Shown here in pieces: positions 1 through 9,506 of a DNA stretch of 64,000 bases. How positions within the stretch are numbered: the stretch's first letter is position 1; the number at the start of each line of letters is the position of its first letter. The notes under the pieces were generated by a model. That model did not search any database, was not told the DNA's origin, and saw only the letters and a program-made list of their open reading frames with translations. The stretch comes from an uncultured Chthonomonas sp. (lineage in GTDB: Bacteria; Armatimonadota; Chthonomonadetes; Chthonomonadales; Chthonomonadaceae), in the NCBI GenBank assembly GCA_903859705.1, contig CAIONQ010000063.1:55611-119610 (forward strand), given 5' to 3'. Position numbers and translations under genes: made by a program.

Positions 1-363
1 AGCCGCTTCCACATTCTTACACGCCTATTTCATCGGCAAGAACGCGTGGTGGCGGAACGCTATGTATACACCGCTGGCCCACATGGATTGGCCGAAATAA
101 TTGCCAGATTCGAAAAGAGCTCGGCCCGCTTCGGATTGCGTTGCCCACCCGGCATAACCTGGGCAGAATGGTTGGCAATTGCCGAAACCCCGGCTGTTAC
201 GGCAACGGCGGTTAGCAGAGCCACGGAGTTTCTAAAAGCTTATAACAGGCTGCGCTTCGGTGCAGAATGCACCCCAGAGGCGATGACATCACTTGCAAGC
301 ATGCTTGCCGATTACGAGCATGAGCTCAAATCGGCGACGGAGAGGAAAGGGGGCCAGAAATGA
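1..363 (+). CDS. Hypothetical protein, 5'-truncated at the window edge (listed ORF 46..363). The reading frame is open back to position 1.
   Basis: Frame 1 has no stop from nucleotide 1. It ends with a 4-bp overlap (ATGA) with the downstream MoxR gene, which suggests translational coupling. I recognise no family. Confidence 0.4.
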   Translation, partial: SRFHILTRLFHRQERVVAERYVYTAGPHGLAEIIARFEKSSARFGLRCPPGITWAEWLAIAETPAVTATAVSRATEFLKAYNRLRFGAECTPEAMTSLASMLADYEHELKSATERKGGQK

Positions 364-1298
364 CACCAGAGTTCGCGCGAAGGGTCGCGAGGATAGAAGA
401 GAACCTCTCACAGGTGATTCGGGGCAAGGCTGATTGTATTCACGTTGTGTTAATAGCAATGGTAGCAGGTGGGCATACCCTGCTGGAGGATGTGCCAGGT
501 ACAGGTAAAACCACCCTGGCCAAGTCAATAGCACGATCTATTGATGGCATTTTCCGGCGGATACAGTTCACGCCAGATCTACTTCCCGCCGATATAACCG
601 GTAGCAGCTACTACAATCCACGTGAAGGCGTGTTTGAATACCGAGAGGGGCCGGTGTTCTGTAACGTTTTGCTTGCCGATGAAATCAACCGAACATCGCC
701 ACGCACGCAGTCAGCTCTGTTGGAAGTGATGAGCGAAAATCAGATAACGGTCGATGGCAAAAGGAGAGACTTGCCGCAGCCATTTTTCGTTATTGCCACG
801 CAAAACCCAACGGAGTTTCACGGCACCTATCCGCTGCCTGAGGCGCAGTTAGATAGGTTTATGGTGCGCGTAACCCTGGGCTATCCATCTCCAGAAGAGG
901 AGATTGAGGTGCTATATAGCCAGAACGATGTACATCCGTTTGACAGCCTGAAACCGGTGCTAACCTGCAAAGATGTACTGGATATGCAGACGGAAGTAAA
1001 AACAGTAAAAGTGGATCGGTCAATTGCAGAATACATTTTGCGCATTGTAACCGCAGCCAGGGCAGATGCAAGGGTTAAACTTAGCGTTAGCCCGCGCGGT
1101 TCGCTTGCGCTTTATCGCACATCGCAGGCACGCGCAGCATTGGCAGGCCGAGCATATGTTCTCCCAGAAGATGTTCAGGCGCTTGTTAAGCCGGTACTGG
1201 CACACCGCATTACGCTGGATACACGTGCCAGATACTCTGGAATCACTCCAGAAACGGTTCTGGAAGAGGCTTTAAGTGCTATTCCAGTGCCCAGGTAA
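360..1298 (+). CDS. MoxR-family AAA+ ATPase
   Basis: Walker A 'GTGKTTLAKSIA' and Walker B 'VLLADEINRTSP'. The 312-aa length fits MoxR/AAA_3 proteins. Confidence 0.9.
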   Translation: MTPEFARRVARIEENLSQVIRGKADCIHVVLIAMVAGGHTLLEDVPGTGKTTLAKSIARSIDGIFRRIQFTPDLLPADITGSSYYNPREGVFEYREGPVFCNVLLADEINRTSPRTQSALLEVMSENQITVDGKRRDLPQPFFVIATQNPTEFHGTYPLPEAQLDRFMVRVTLGYPSPEEEIEVLYSQNDVHPFDSLKPVLTCKDVLDMQTEVKTVKVDRSIAEYILRIVTAARADARVKLSVSPRGSLALYRTSQARAALAGRAYVLPEDVQALVKPVLAHRITLDTRARYSGITPETVLEEALSAIPVPR

Positions 1299-1462
1299 CT
1301 GAGAACAACACGCAGAAACCGCGCAAACTGGAAGTAATTGAACAAATTGCACCCGTTGCGCGGTATGTTGATTGGGGATGTACCGATTCACGAGATTCGG
1401 CGCTCCCCAGATGATCCAAAAATGTTCACGCATACGTTGCAACGCTGCACAAGAGGTTATAT

Positions 1463-2485
1463 TTGACAGAAGAGACTCACACCGTTTCGGCGCCAGAAGC
1501 AGAGCTTCACACCGGTATTATTCTCAGGGTAAACAGTGGTCTGTACGCTGTGCAACGTTCCGAACCTGGCTCATTGCCGGGGGATGTAGTTTCCTGTACC
1601 TTACGCGGCAATCTGCGGAAAAAATTTACATACTCAACCAGCGGTAGCCAGCCGCGGAGAGTTGTGAAGGCAAAACAGCCGTTTAACCATGATTCTGCAG
1701 CCGTAGGAGACCGTGTCCGATTTCAGTTTGTCGATTCCGAAATCGGAATTATTGAAGAGATACTCCCTCGTACAACCCGTTTTGCACGCACATCGTTTCG
1801 AGGTGCGGAACAAACATTGGTTACCAACTTGGATCAGCTTGTAATTGTATTTGCGTGCGCAGAACCCAATCCAGATCTGTGGCGCATCGATAGGTGGCTC
1901 GTCGCAGCAGAGGTAACCGGGATTGTGCCGTTACTGATTGCCAATAAGCGGGATAAAGTGGAAGATTCTGTATTCCATGCCGCATTCGATGAATTCGCTC
2001 GTATTGGCTATAAGGTTATTGCTACCAGTGCAAAGTCTGGCCTTGGTATTGAGGAACTTCGCGAGAGCCTTTCAGGCAAAATATCGGCATTTTCTGGCCC
2101 TTCTGGGGTTGGTAAATCCAGCCTTTTGAATGCACTACAGCCGGCATTGCGCCTGGATACGGGTGAGATTGGCGAAATAACCTTTAAGGGTCGCCACACC
2201 ACTACCGTTCGGGAGCTATTTCCGTTAGTTACTGGCGGTTGGGTTGCAGATACGCCCGGCCTGCGCAGCCTTGAGATGTTGAAGATGGATAGGGAAGACT
2301 TGCTGCAGATGTTTGTTGAGTTTCGTGCACCTCTCGAGCATCCATGTCGATTCCGAAACTGTAAACATGGCAATGAGCCAGGATGCGTGCTGAAAGCTGC
2401 CGTAGAATCCGGCGAGATTTCAAAACGCCGTTATGAGAGTTTCCTACAACTTGCGCGCGAAGCAGAGCCAACTGCGCGGCATTAG
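1463..2485 (+). CDS. rsgA: Ribosome small-subunit-dependent GTPase A (RsgA/YjeQ)
   Basis: Circularly permuted GTPase motifs in the order G4 'NKRD', G1 'GPSGVGKSS', G3 'DTPG'. C-terminal zinc knuckle 'CRFRNCKHGNEPGC'. Confidence 0.9.
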   Translation: MTEETHTVSAPEAELHTGIILRVNSGLYAVQRSEPGSLPGDVVSCTLRGNLRKKFTYSTSGSQPRRVVKAKQPFNHDSAAVGDRVRFQFVDSEIGIIEEILPRTTRFARTSFRGAEQTLVTNLDQLVIVFACAEPNPDLWRIDRWLVAAEVTGIVPLLIANKRDKVEDSVFHAAFDEFARIGYKVIATSAKSGLGIEELRESLSGKISAFSGPSGVGKSSLLNALQPALRLDTGEIGEITFKGRHTTTVRELFPLVTGGWVADTPGLRSLEMLKMDREDLLQMFVEFRAPLEHPCRFRNCKHGNEPGCVLKAAVESGEISKRRYESFLQLAREAEPTARH

Positions 2486-2486
2486 G

Positions 2487-2514
2487 TTGTTGATGTTGGC
2501 CTTTCCAGTATAAT
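2487..2514 (+). promoter_or_regulatory. Putative sigma70 promoter for pcrA: -35 TTGTTG, 16-nt spacer, -10 TATAAT
   Basis: A consensus -10 hexamer sits 22 nt upstream of the pcrA start codon, immediately after the rsgA stop. Confidence 0.4.
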
Positions 2515-2535
2515 AATTCTGGAGACACCCGACAC

Positions 2536-4818
2536 ATGACCACCAGTGATGAGGAATACGACCCGTTTGCCAATGAGGATGAACCGGAGCGAGAGCCACG
2601 GTTGCATCCGCTGTTGCGCGGGCTAAACGCGGTGCAAAAAGAAGCCGTTATGCACGGTTCTGGCCCGTTATTGCTTTTTGCAGGGGCAGGCAGCGGCAAA
2701 ACACGCGTGCTAACGCATCGAGTAGCCTACCTCATTAGCGAACATAACGTATCGCCCTACAATATTCTTGCCGTAACCTTTACGAATAAGGCTGCTTCAG
2801 AAATGAAGGAGCGCATTGCAAACCTGGTTGGTACCGATTCGCGCCGGTCCATTTGGGCCGGAACTTTTCACTCTATGTGTGCGCGGCTGTTGCGCGAGTT
2901 TGGGCAAAAAATTGGCCTTGAGCCAGATTATGTTGTTTATGATGATGGCGATCAGAATACATTAATGCGCCAGGTAATGCGTGCCCTAAACGTAGACGAT
3001 AAGAGCTACGCACCCCGGGCAGTACTCTCTCACATCAGTCGCGCTAAAGAAAAGATGATAACCCCGGAGATGTGGGGCAGCCACTTTGAGGGCCACTTTA
3101 ACGATGTGTGCGGCAAGCTTTACACAGAGTATCAAAACCGGCTTTTTCAGAACAATGCCCTCGATTTTGACGACTTACTTTCAGAAACGGTGCGGCTGCT
3201 GCGAGAACGGCAAGATGTGCTGGAGCGCCTTCAGGAGCGGTTTAAGTACATACTGGTAGATGAGTACCAGGATGTAAACTACTGTCAGTACATGCTGTTA
3301 AAATACCTGGCTGCAAAAAGCCGCAACCTGTGCGTTGTGGGAGACGACGACCAGAGCATCTACCTGTTTCGTGGTGCCGATGTTGAGTTGATTCTAAAGT
3401 TTGAAAAAGACTATCCGGAAGCACGAGTGTTGAAGCTGGAGCAGAACTACCGCTCTACCCAGATTATTCTGGATGCAGCACATGGGGTTATCAGCCACAA
3501 CAGCATGCGTAAGGAAAAGCGCCTGTGGACCGATAAAGAGGGCGGAAGCAAAGTTGTTATTTACGAGGCGGAGAACGAGCAAGAGGAGGGCGTGTGGATC
3601 CTCAACCGCATTCGTGAAGACAGAAAACGATCTGGCCGAAGACTTTCAGATTATGCGGTGCTGTATCGTACAAACGCACAATCTCGGGCACTGGAAGAGG
3701 TGTTTATTAACTGGAACACGCCGTATAAAATTGTTGGCGGAGTTCGGTTTTATGAGCGCAAAGAGATTAAGGATGTTCTGGCTTATTTACGGTGCGTAAA
3801 CTCTCCGCAGGATAGCATCAGCCTTCAACGCATAATCAACGTACCGGCCCGCAAAATCGGCGCCACGACTGTTGCGGTTCTCGAAGCGGAGATGAACCGA
3901 AGCGGACAAACTTTGTGGGATGTGCTACAGCGCTCGGCAGCAATCTCGGGCCTGCAAGCAGGTACCCGATCTCGGCTGCTAGATTTCTGCGGCCTCATCT
4001 CTACTCTGCGTACAGATAGAGACAAAATCTCCCTGGGCGATCTCACCGAGAGAATTCTTGAGAGAAGCGGCTATATAGTAGAGTTGGAGGCCGAAGGCAG
4101 TATCGAGGCCCAAACAAGGCTCGAAAATATTGGTGAGCTTGTATCCAAAACAAGGCAGTATGAGAAAGAGGCCGATAGCCCCACTCTCTCTGGTTTTCTG
4201 GAAAATGTGTCTCTTGTTGCTGATATCGATAGTCTGGACGCCAGTTCAGATGCGGTAACGTTAATGACCTTGCATTCCGTAAAAGGTCTTGAGTTCAAGT
4301 CCGTGTTTCTAACCGGGCTAGAAGAGGGGCTGTTCCCACACAAACGTGCATTAGAATCCGCCTCCAAAGTGGAGATTGAAGAGGAACGCCGTTTGTGCTA
4401 CGTGGGAATTACACGTGCAGAAGAAGATTTGTGCCTCACACATGCCGGGCGTCGAACCGTATTCGGCCGAGTTATCTATAGCCAGCCCTCTCGTTTTTTG
4501 GAAGAACTGCCCAATGAAACGGTATATGGCAAAGGGGGAGCAAAGCGCACACGGGCCGTTGCTTCCTTTGATCCCGATCAAGGCGAGGCGCCAGCAAAGC
4601 TATGGCGAGATGCCCCCGTAACCCCAAAAGAACAGGCGCGAATCGCCCACTCTTCCGGGCTGAAAACGGGAATGCGCGTAAAACATCAGGCGTTTGGACT
4701 TGGTGTTGTGATACAGGTGAATGGTGAGGGGCCAGACACAATAGTGGATATTGTGTTTGCAAATGCCGGGCCAAAGAAGATAGCCCTGGCCTACGCAAAG
4801 CTCGATATCATAAAATAG
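2536..4818 (+). CDS. pcrA: ATP-dependent DNA helicase, UvrD/PcrA family
   Basis: Motif I 'AGAGSGKTRVLTHR', motif II 'VDEYQD', 'VLYRTNAQSRALEE'. 760 aa. Confidence 0.92.
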   Translation: MTTSDEEYDPFANEDEPEREPRLHPLLRGLNAVQKEAVMHGSGPLLLFAGAGSGKTRVLTHRVAYLISEHNVSPYNILAVTFTNKAASEMKERIANLVGTDSRRSIWAGTFHSMCARLLREFGQKIGLEPDYVVYDDGDQNTLMRQVMRALNVDDKSYAPRAVLSHISRAKEKMITPEMWGSHFEGHFNDVCGKLYTEYQNRLFQNNALDFDDLLSETVRLLRERQDVLERLQERFKYILVDEYQDVNYCQYMLLKYLAAKSRNLCVVGDDDQSIYLFRGADVELILKFEKDYPEARVLKLEQNYRSTQIILDAAHGVISHNSMRKEKRLWTDKEGGSKVVIYEAENEQEEGVWILNRIREDRKRSGRRLSDYAVLYRTNAQSRALEEVFINWNTPYKIVGGVRFYERKEIKDVLAYLRCVNSPQDSISLQRIINVPARKIGATTVAVLEAEMNRSGQTLWDVLQRSAAISGLQAGTRSRLLDFCGLISTLRTDRDKISLGDLTERILERSGYIVELEAEGSIEAQTRLENIGELVSKTRQYEKEADSPTLSGFLENVSLVADIDSLDASSDAVTLMTLHSVKGLEFKSVFLTGLEEGLFPHKRALESASKVEIEEERRLCYVGITRAEEDLCLTHAGRRTVFGRVIYSQPSRFLEELPNETVYGKGGAKRTRAVASFDPDQGEAPAKLWRDAPVTPKEQARIAHSSGLKTGMRVKHQAFGLGVVIQVNGEGPDTIVDIVFANAGPKKIALAYAKLDIIK

Positions 4819-4912
4819 CTGTTCAAAACCTCTGTGGTGTGGGTAGAATTCTCACCGTGAGTATATCAAAAACGGGCGCCAGCAGCTAGCGGCGCTTCAG
4901 GAGAAACTGTAA

Positions 4913-5359
4913 ATGCGACGAACACTGCTAACTGCAGCGATTGCCTGTGCAGTGGTACTGGCCGTTCCGGGCCTTAGCCATGCACAAACCAAGCCAGCCC
5001 CCAAGGGTGGCACCAAGACTGCCGCCAAGGAGAAGGTAGTTACAACCAAATCTGGTTTGAAGTATGTAGACCTTAAAGTTGGCACCGGCGTAAGCCCAAA
5101 GATGGGCCAAACAGTGAAGGTGAACTACAAAGGCACTTTTACCAACGGTAAGGTATTCGATCAGTCTTCTGGCACCCCCATCGAATTTCAGCTTGGTCAG
5201 GTTATTCAGGGTTGGAACGAAGGCCTGCAAACCATGAAGGTTGGCGGCAAGCGCAAGCTAATCTGCCCGCCAAACCTGGCTTACGGTGCCAATGGCGCTG
5301 GCCCAATTCCGCCGAATACCACGCTCATCTTTGAGGTGGACCTGCTTGGCGTTCGCTAA
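4913..5359 (+). CDS. FKBP-type peptidyl-prolyl cis-trans isomerase, secreted
   Basis: Signal peptide followed by an FKBP domain ('[16 protein letters not shown]', '[19 protein letters not shown]'). An AGGAG ribosome-binding site lies 9 nt upstream. Confidence 0.88.
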   Translation: MRRTLLTAAIACAVVLAVPGLSHAQTKPAPKGGTKTAAKEKVVTTKSGLKYVDLKVGTGVSPKMGQTVKVNYKGTFTNGKVFDQSSGTPIEFQLGQVIQGWNEGLQTMKVGGKRKLICPPNLAYGANGAGPIPPNTTLIFEVDLLGVR

Positions 5360-5384
5360 TCAGGCAAACACTCAGGCACAAAAT

Positions 5385-5425
5385 CGGAGCAGATCTGGTC
5401 TTCAGATCTGCTCCGTTTGTTTTGT
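5385..5425 (+). terminator. Rho-independent terminator after the FKBP gene
   Basis: 13-bp perfect stem cggagcagatctg / cagatctgctccg with a 6-nt loop, followed by tttgttttg. Confidence 0.7.
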
Positions 5426-5625
5426 GGAAATGTTCCGGATTGGGCATGTGAAAAAAACAACACACTCAAAATGGTTTTGCTGAAACACAACGAACCTGGC
5501 ATCGCGTATATCACCATATACAGGCGTCGGACACGTGTCCCGGCACCAATTGGCAACCTTCAACCAGTATCGTTTCCGGGGCTAACCGGGAACAGAAACG
5601 CAAAACTATAATGAGGAGTTTATCA

Positions 5626-7155
5626 ATGGAAAATACACCGTGGCATAAGCGAGCAGCTCGCATAGCGCTCATTCCCGCTGTATTTGGCCTTGGGTGCGCC
5701 GCAACACTCTTCACTCGCAGTAACGCAGGGTCCCAGAACGCTACACCGCCTGTTACGCCTTCGCCACAGGTGCTCAGCGTCCAATCTGCATTTGAGCAGG
5801 TTGCCGATAAACTGCGCCCTGCGGTGGTGTTCATCAAGAGCCAGCAAACTATTTCTGCACCTCCCGGATTGCAGTTCCGACAGGGCAAAGACGACGGTCA
5901 GACGTTTCCTTTCAGCATTCCCGGGTTTCCGGGTGGCGGTCAGGGAAATGGTCAGTTCCGCTCTATGCCGCAGTTCCCACAACGCGCTACCGCCAGCGGG
6001 TCTGGCGTAATTGTCCGCTCCGATGGATACATCCTTACAAACGACCATGTTGTGGCCAGTGCCGACAAGGTGACTGTTGTTTTGCAGGATGGCCGCGAAT
6101 TCACCGGGCATGTAAAGCGTGATTTCCGCAGTGACCTTGCGCTGGTAAAGATTGATGCAACCGGATTGCCGTCTGCAGAGCTTGCCAACTCGGATGGTGT
6201 TAAGGTTGGGCAGTACGCTATAGCCTTCGGCAGCCCATTCGGCTTGAGCGATACAATGACCGTTGGTGTTATCTCTTCTCTACATCGTGCGCAGCAGATT
6301 GGCGAAAACCCGCAGGATCAGCGCTTCTACTCAAGCCTCCTCCAAACGGATGCCAGCATCAATCCCGGCAACTCTGGCGGTGCACTTGTTGATATCTATG
6401 GGCGCGTTATCGGCATCAACGTTGCCATAGAATCGCCAAGCGGCGGCAATGTAGGTATCGGCTTCGCCATCCCCAGCAATACAGCCAGATACATCATGGA
6501 TCAGCTGATAACAAAGGGGGCAGTAACACGAGGATACCTGGGCATTATGCCTGCAACACCAACCTATGCGCAGCGCCAGAAGTATGGAGTACCCGGTGGA
6601 GCCATCGTGAAGATGGTTACAGATGGTACGCCTGCCTCTGAGGCCGGTTTCCAGGTTGAGGACGTAATCGTAAAGTACGATGGCAAAACAGTAGACTCTG
6701 ATGCTACTTTCCGGGATCTGGTTGCTCGCACTGTTCCGGGTAGCACGGTAGCCATTACTGTAAAGCGCAATGGTACCGAGGTTACGCTGCATCCAAAGCT
6801 TGGCACAAGCCCGGAAGTAGCATCTTCCATTGGCTCTTCGCCCGTAGAGGCACCGAAAGCTGAGCGCGGCAAACTTGGCATACAAGTTGGTGATGCCAGC
6901 GATGCACAGCTGAGAGAATCTCTCGCCCTTAAAGGAAGCACGCATGGAGCGGTTGTTGTGGAAGTTGTTCCCGGCAGCCCCGCGCAAGATGCTGGAATAC
7001 TGCGCGGTGATGTGATCGTTAAGCTGAACGGACAGGCTGTTGACAATGGTGAGCAGCTGTCCGCTGTGGCTAAAACGCTCAAAAACGGCAACCAGGTGAA
7101 TGCTGTGGTTCGACGTGGCACAGAAACAATGCTGCTTCAGATCACGCTGGATTAG
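5626..7155 (+). CDS. htrA: HtrA/DegP-family periplasmic serine protease with two PDZ domains
   Basis: Trypsin-like catalytic region ('TNDHVV', 'DLALVK', 'GNSGGALVD') followed by two PDZ-like segments. I chose ATG 5626 over the listed 5611 because AGGAG lies 7 nt upstream of 5626. Confidence 0.9.
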   Translation: MENTPWHKRAARIALIPAVFGLGCAATLFTRSNAGSQNATPPVTPSPQVLSVQSAFEQVADKLRPAVVFIKSQQTISAPPGLQFRQGKDDGQTFPFSIPGFPGGGQGNGQFRSMPQFPQRATASGSGVIVRSDGYILTNDHVVASADKVTVVLQDGREFTGHVKRDFRSDLALVKIDATGLPSAELANSDGVKVGQYAIAFGSPFGLSDTMTVGVISSLHRAQQIGENPQDQRFYSSLLQTDASINPGNSGGALVDIYGRVIGINVAIESPSGGNVGIGFAIPSNTARYIMDQLITKGAVTRGYLGIMPATPTYAQRQKYGVPGGAIVKMVTDGTPASEAGFQVEDVIVKYDGKTVDSDATFRDLVARTVPGSTVAITVKRNGTEVTLHPKLGTSPEVASSIGSSPVEAPKAERGKLGIQVGDASDAQLRESLALKGSTHGAVVVEVVPGSPAQDAGILRGDVIVKLNGQAVDNGEQLSAVAKTLKNGNQVNAVVRRGTETMLLQITLD

Positions 7156-7318
7156 TTCTCAACTCACCTACTTCCGCAGGTTCAGCCCTGGTTGAACCTG
7201 CGGGATTTCTCAAAGTTGGCGCCTGAGAAATACTGCAGGCGCCATTCGTATTTGTTTGTGAATAGCAATAATTGCTAATAAATCCCACATTGGAAAGAAC
7301 AAGAGAGGCAATGCAAAG

Positions 7319-7555
7319 ATGACAGCAATATCAACCTCAGCTTCTAACATAACTGCGCAAAGGTCTCGGGGGGTGGCAAAGTCAACTGCAAAGCTAGTAA
7401 CGGTACCAGATTGGGTATTTGGCTTTACGGATGAGCAGTTTATCCACTGGTGCCGGCAACACAAGCTGGTTGTGTGTGATGGCGTGCGCGCATTTGGTGA
7501 TGACGAGCGTGCCGCAATCTTCCGGTATGCGGCGCGCCAGCAGCTTGTGAACTAA
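7319..7555 (+). CDS. Hypothetical small protein (78 aa)
   Basis: The ORF is bracketed by an upstream AT-rich region and a strong downstream hairpin terminator. No homology recognised. Confidence 0.35.
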   Translation: MTAISTSASNITAQRSRGVAKSTAKLVTVPDWVFGFTDEQFIHWCRQHKLVVCDGVRAFGDDERAAIFRYAARQQLVN

Positions 7556-7565
7556 CTGCACGTTA

Positions 7566-7620
7566 TGAAAAAAGGCTCTGCCGTTGATGCGCATTTGCAT
7601 CACGGCAGAGCCTTTACTTT
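7566..7620. terminator. Bidirectional intrinsic terminator between convergent genes
   Basis: Stem ggctctgccgt / acggcagagcc is flanked by aaaaaa on one side and tttacttt on the other. Confidence 0.65.
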
Positions 7621-7646
7621 GTCAAATCGCTATGGCAGAGCATTTA

Positions 7647-8468
7647 TCAGCCGATGCACTTGCGTAGATAGGCAACCGATGCTGGCAATACCTCTTCTCC
7701 AGGGCCGGTTAGCCCACACTCAAATGCCATGTAACCGGTAAACCCTACCTGCCTTAATGCAGCAAATGCGGCTGCAAAATCAATATCGCCGCTGCCAGGC
7801 TGTTTGCGTGTGTTATCAGCGAGGTGAACATGCCCAATCGCGCTTCCCGCTTCAATGAGGGCTGCCGGGGAGTTGGTTTCTTCTATGTGCATGTGGAAAA
7901 GATCAGACATCAGGCGTACACCCGGGCTGTTGATCTGCTGTACGATAGAAGCTCCATCCTTCTGCTGTGGGATGCTATTGGATTCATACCTGTTGAGCGG
8001 CTCAATCAGTACAGCTGAGCCAATCGATGCCGCGAACTCAGCCAGGGGCAACAACATCTCAATAAGGAGCTCTCGCTCTATCTGAGCGCGCGTCTTCCAG
8101 GGAGATAGATCTGGCACACGATCGTTGTTGTTAAAAATTGGCACAGTGATTGGGCCAGTTGCACCAAGCTCTGCGCAGATCTCCAGTTGAACCTTCAGGC
8201 CATCGGAACATTTTTGCCGGCGAGCTTTGTCCGGGTGCACCAGCTCTGCAGTGGTTCCGCCACAGATAGAGGATGCCTTAATCGGGCTATCTGCCAGTGC
8301 CTTTCGCCGTTCGGATAAGCCGTCGGCAGTGTTCAGATGCCCTCCGTTAAGTTCCACACCTTCAAATCCGTATTTCTCGAGGTTGAATAATTTCTCGGCA
8401 AACGTCGCACCGGGCACAAGCCCTTCCTGGCAAGATAGTTTCATATCGGTTGTAAGCTCCCATCCCAT
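7647..8468 (-). CDS. Sugar phosphate isomerase/epimerase (xylose isomerase-like TIM barrel)
   Basis: Typical family segments 'HVHLADN...PGSGDIDF...LRQVGFTGYMAFE'. Confidence 0.85.
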   Translation of the reverse strand: MGWELTTDMKLSCQEGLVPGATFAEKLFNLEKYGFEGVELNGGHLNTADGLSERRKALADSPIKASSICGGTTAELVHPDKARRQKCSDGLKVQLEICAELGATGPITVPIFNNNDRVPDLSPWKTRAQIERELLIEMLLPLAEFAASIGSAVLIEPLNRYESNSIPQQKDGASIVQQINSPGVRLMSDLFHMHIEETNSPAALIEAGSAIGHVHLADNTRKQPGSGDIDFAAAFAALRQVGFTGYMAFECGLTGPGEEVLPASVAYLRKCIG

Positions 8469-8571
8469 TGCGAATCATTGGGCACGGACGAAATGGCCGT
8501 GCACTCCATGAGATATTGGCTTTTGTGCAGGAGATTTCCTGAACTATCCTGGCAAGAGTTTTTGCGCCCCG

Positions 8572-9381
8572 TTAAACAAACAGGTTTGGGCAACTATTGC
8601 ATAATTTCGTTTTCAAGCGCCGTTCAGCTACCATTAGTGAATTGTTGTAACCCGAAGGGGCAAGCTCCATAGAGATGCAAACTTCATCAGCAGTTTCGCC
8701 CTGAAGGTAGGATCTGCGGAGGATCTCAGAATCTCTTCGTAGAAGCATAGATATGGATCGCATTGCGGCACGTTTTTGTTGCCGGGACGCAATCCTGCAT
8801 AGGGCACCAGTACCAACTGTACCGTTCAAGATCTCGGGAAGAGTCGATCTCCAGAGGTTATCCGTGCCACACAGCTTGTGGAACTCATCTTTGGCTACAG
8901 TTACTGGGCGTTGTACCGCAGTTGTACCCCAGTCCAATATAGCTTTTCTCAAGATTGCTTTAACCAGGCTTACCAGGCGTCTTCGGCCAGAAATAAACCA
9001 CGTGCGCAACCTCTGGTAATCGTGCTCGAAGAGCTGAGATGTAACCTGGTTACCGATCTCTTCGCTTCGTTCTGGAGCTATGCAGGTTGCTTTCAACTGA
9101 TTCTGAACGAGCTGAAAACACCGTATAGCAAACCAATTTCGCGCGGTATCATCTCCGGAAATAACGCGGCTAACCAGTTCTCGTTCGGGATCTAAACTTG
9201 GTTCATGAGTACTGATTTGATCGGCAATGATCGGCATACGCATATCATCTGCCACGATACTATGCGTTACAGGCACCGCTACAACGATAGCCCCATGGAG
9301 CATGGGATAGTGCTTATCTGCCTGGTGAGCATGAAAACCACTGAACGGTGAGAGTGGGCGGCACACGCTGCGAATTGCCAT
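8572..9381 (-). CDS. ECF-type RNA polymerase sigma factor, possibly with an N-terminal extension
   Basis: Sigma70 region 2 ('ERELVSRVISGDDTARNWFAIRCFQLVQNQ...DWGTTAVQRP') and region 4 helix-turn-helix ('ETADEVCISMELAPSGYNNSLMVAERRLKTKL'). An alternative start at MRMPII (about 9243) would give a canonical length. Confidence 0.8.
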   Translation of the reverse strand: MAIRSVCRPLSPFSGFHAHQADKHYPMLHGAIVVAVPVTHSIVADDMRMPIIADQISTHEPSLDPERELVSRVISGDDTARNWFAIRCFQLVQNQLKATCIAPERSEEIGNQVTSQLFEHDYQRLRTWFISGRRRLVSLVKAILRKAILDWGTTAVQRPVTVAKDEFHKLCGTDNLWRSTLPEILNGTVGTGALCRIASRQQKRAAMRSISMLLRRDSEILRRSYLQGETADEVCISMELAPSGYNNSLMVAERRLKTKLCNSCPNLFV

Positions 9382-9506
9382 TGGGGATTTCCTTGCACTT
9401 GCGGAGTATTACAGTTGACGGATACAGTTAATCCTAACCTGAAGGCCGTTATAAAATCCGTATCAAATCAGGGAGATTTTCAGGAGAACGGCCCCCGGGT
9501 GGGTTA

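Noticed and set aside
5417-5611. 64-aa ORF upstream of htrA
   Set aside because: It has no ribosome-binding site, it overlaps the htrA promoter region, and its composition is atypical. It is likely non-coding.
6331-6987. 218-aa and 185-aa minus-strand ORFs within the htrA gene
   Set aside because: They are antisense to the well-supported HtrA protease gene.
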